Positions 18,765 to 20,000 of a stretch of 20,000 nucleotides of DNA are shown here, one piece after another. The notes under the pieces were generated by a model. It searched no databases, was not told the origin of the DNA, and saw only the letters and a program-made list of their open reading frames with translations. Every line of letters begins with the position of its first letter. The first letter of the stretch is position 1. Origin of the DNA: an uncultured virus (IMG/VR IMGVR_UViG_3300002231_000068) (Duplodnaviria > Heunggongvirae > Uroviricota > Caudoviricetes); the IMG/VR virus record IMGVR_UViG_3300002231_000068; one strand, written 5' to 3'. The translations under genes and the position numbers were made by a program.

Positions 18765-19121
18765 CTAGTAGCCTATGACTAGAAACTCGAATACTTTGTT
18801 TGCGATTGAGGTGCTATTTGCTACTTCTGCAAATGTTGCGCCTGCTGAACCACCTACGGAGTATAGTTTGATTTTACTATTGGCTTTGTCATATTCTACT
18901 TTGTATAGTGAATCTGTAAATTCAGGTATCACTGCAACGAGTGTAGAAATTCTGCTCTCTGTGAGATCAGCTGCCACTCCGTTGGTTGCATAAGCGTCAG
19001 AACCACCAGCAGTGACTTTGACCTTATAAATTCGCAGTTTTGAAGTTAAAGCTGCTTGCCATGAGAGTGTTTTTCTCACGTTAGCTGCTGTCCAGTCGGA
19101 TGTACTTACTGTAACTGCCAT
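18765..19121 (-). CDS. Small virion protein, putative head decoration/minor capsid protein (118 aa)
   Basis: Directly downstream of the MCP. Beta-rich sequence with a 'DAYATNG' motif, reminiscent of small MCP-adjacent proteins of tailed viruses. It has its own promoter and terminator. Confidence 0.55.
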   Translation of the reverse strand: MAVTVSTSDWTAANVRKTLSWQAALTSKLRIYKVKVTAGGSDAYATNGVAADLTESRISTLVAVIPEFTDSLYKVEYDKANSKIKLYSVGGSAGATFAEVANSTSIANKVFEFLVIGY

Positions 19122-19143
19122 ATAAAAGTGTAGTATCTACCTA

Positions 19144-19157
19144 TATATAAAGATTAA
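19144..19157 (-). promoter_or_regulatory. BRE/TATA promoter for the 19121 gene (leaderless)
   Basis: TTAATC-TTTATATA, with 22 nt between the box and the ATG at 19121. Confidence 0.7.
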
Positions 19158-19169
19158 AAAAAGAAAAAA
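19156..19169 (-). terminator. Archaeal-type oligo-T terminator after the MCP gene
   Basis: The minus strand reads TTTTTTCTTTTTTT about 15 nt after the MCP stop, with no hairpin, as expected for archaeal intrinsic termination. Confidence 0.6.
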
Positions 19170-19184
19170 GGGGATGGTATGTGA

Positions 19185-20000
19185 CTAAAGTTTAATATCT
19201 CTAATCTTACCTTGTGATTTGAAGTGTCTACAGACTGTTTCACCCATAGTTCTGAATACACCTTTCTCAACAAATGCATTGTTGACAAATGGATATGCAG
19301 GGGTTCTTCGAGTTGCTTCGTAATATTCGGTTGGAATTGCTACTTGAATTCCGATTCTTGGATATCCGTAACCTTCAGCATCGGATGTGTCCAATGCGAA
19401 TAGTCTACCGATTTCTGCTGAGTCGGATGAGTTGCTTGGTGCATCCTTTGAAGGGATGAATGGGATTCCATAGATTGAATCTACGTGAATACCTACACCT
19501 GTTCCTTTGAAACTTTGAATTCCATTTACGTCGACTTGTACGAGTGCTTCACCGTATGGATTTGGAATACGGACTGAAGGCATGTATAAGCCTTGGATTT
19601 CAGAGTATACTTCGTGGGAACCGAGGAATACGTTTGGATCTTTACCAGCTGCAATACGGATCTTTCTTAGGAAAGTTCGTAGTGTGTCGTCGGTAAGGAC
19701 TCCGTTGGTGCCTATTGTACCAGAAGCTGACTCTACTGTTGAATCAAAGTCACTTGCGTTATCACGGTTGATGTCTGCGTTAGCTGCCCAAGGATTATAG
19801 AATTTTCCATTGGAACCACCTAATGCGTCTTCTTCTGCGTCGCTTGAAATGATTCTGTCGAGTGTCTCGAAGTCTTTTGTTCCACCATTATCTGCGCTGG
19901 AACCAGCTGCTTCAGCTTCAACATCTGCTAAAAGCATTCTGTTAAGGAACTCTTTGTGTTGTACAGCCATGAACAAACGGAGTGAACCAAGTCCTCCCCA
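19185..20000 (-). CDS. Major capsid protein, probably HK97 fold (5'-truncated by the window edge)
   Basis: The frame stays open to base 20000 (WGGLGSLRLFMAVQHKEFLNRMLL...), so the 19976 start in the track is not the real start. It lies first in a head-neck-tail gene series. The motifs 'H.E.LN.MLL.D...DFETLD', 'SIYGIPFIPS' and the C-terminal 'GETVCRHFKSQGKIRDIK' resemble HK97-type MCP P/A-domain and C-terminal patterns. It is visibly more GC-rich than its neighbours. Confidence 0.85.
   Translation of the reverse strand, partial: WGGLGSLRLFMAVQHKEFLNRMLLADVEAEAAGSSADNGGTKDFETLDRIISSDAEEDALGGSNGKFYNPWAANADINRDNASDFDSTVESASGTIGTNGVLTDDTLRTFLRKIRIAAGKDPNVFLGSHEVYSEIQGLYMPSVRIPNPYGEALVQVDVNGIQSFKGTGVGIHVDSIYGIPFIPSKDAPSNSSDSAEIGRLFALDTSDAEGYGYPRIGIQVAIPTEYYEATRRTPAYPFVNNAFVEKGVFRTMGETVCRHFKSQGKIRDIKL

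Noticed and set aside
6316..19800. Remaining short plus-strand and nested ORFs (e.g. 6316..6759, 8555..8968, 14091..14429, 16358..16687, 18775..18993, 19582..19800)
   Set aside because: All lie within well-supported minus-strand structural genes and show no independent start signals or recognisable motifs.

Overview
This AT-rich window is the virion morphogenesis module of a tailed dsDNA virus (Caudoviricetes), encoded entirely on the minus strand. Read right to left it holds a major capsid protein (5' end outside the window), two small capsid-associated genes, a head-tail adaptor, a neck-region orphan, a tail terminator, the tail tube protein, tail assembly chaperones G/GT with a canonical -1 slippery site (C CCT TTA), a tape measure protein, a distal-tail-like protein with an FN3 domain, a hub-like protein with a LamG-like insert, three tail-tip/fibre genes, an uncalled 32-aa ORF, and a giant (>1,840 aa, runs off the left edge) protein built from alternating [IVL]FQx[ND] pentads and ~18-aa 'D[ST]VGI[TS]E' repeats. 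No sheath gene is present, so the tail is probably non-contractile. Seven genes have an archaeal-type TATA box 21-22 nt upstream of the ATG, and poly-T terminators follow two genes. This points to an archaeal host with leaderless mRNAs; a marine Nitrosopumilus-type thaumarchaeon is my inference, not a proven assignment. Five frame breaks (four extra A's in A-runs, one 2-nt deletion) split real genes in the ORF track and are most simply sequencing errors. All functional calls rest on gene order and motif recognition, not database searches.
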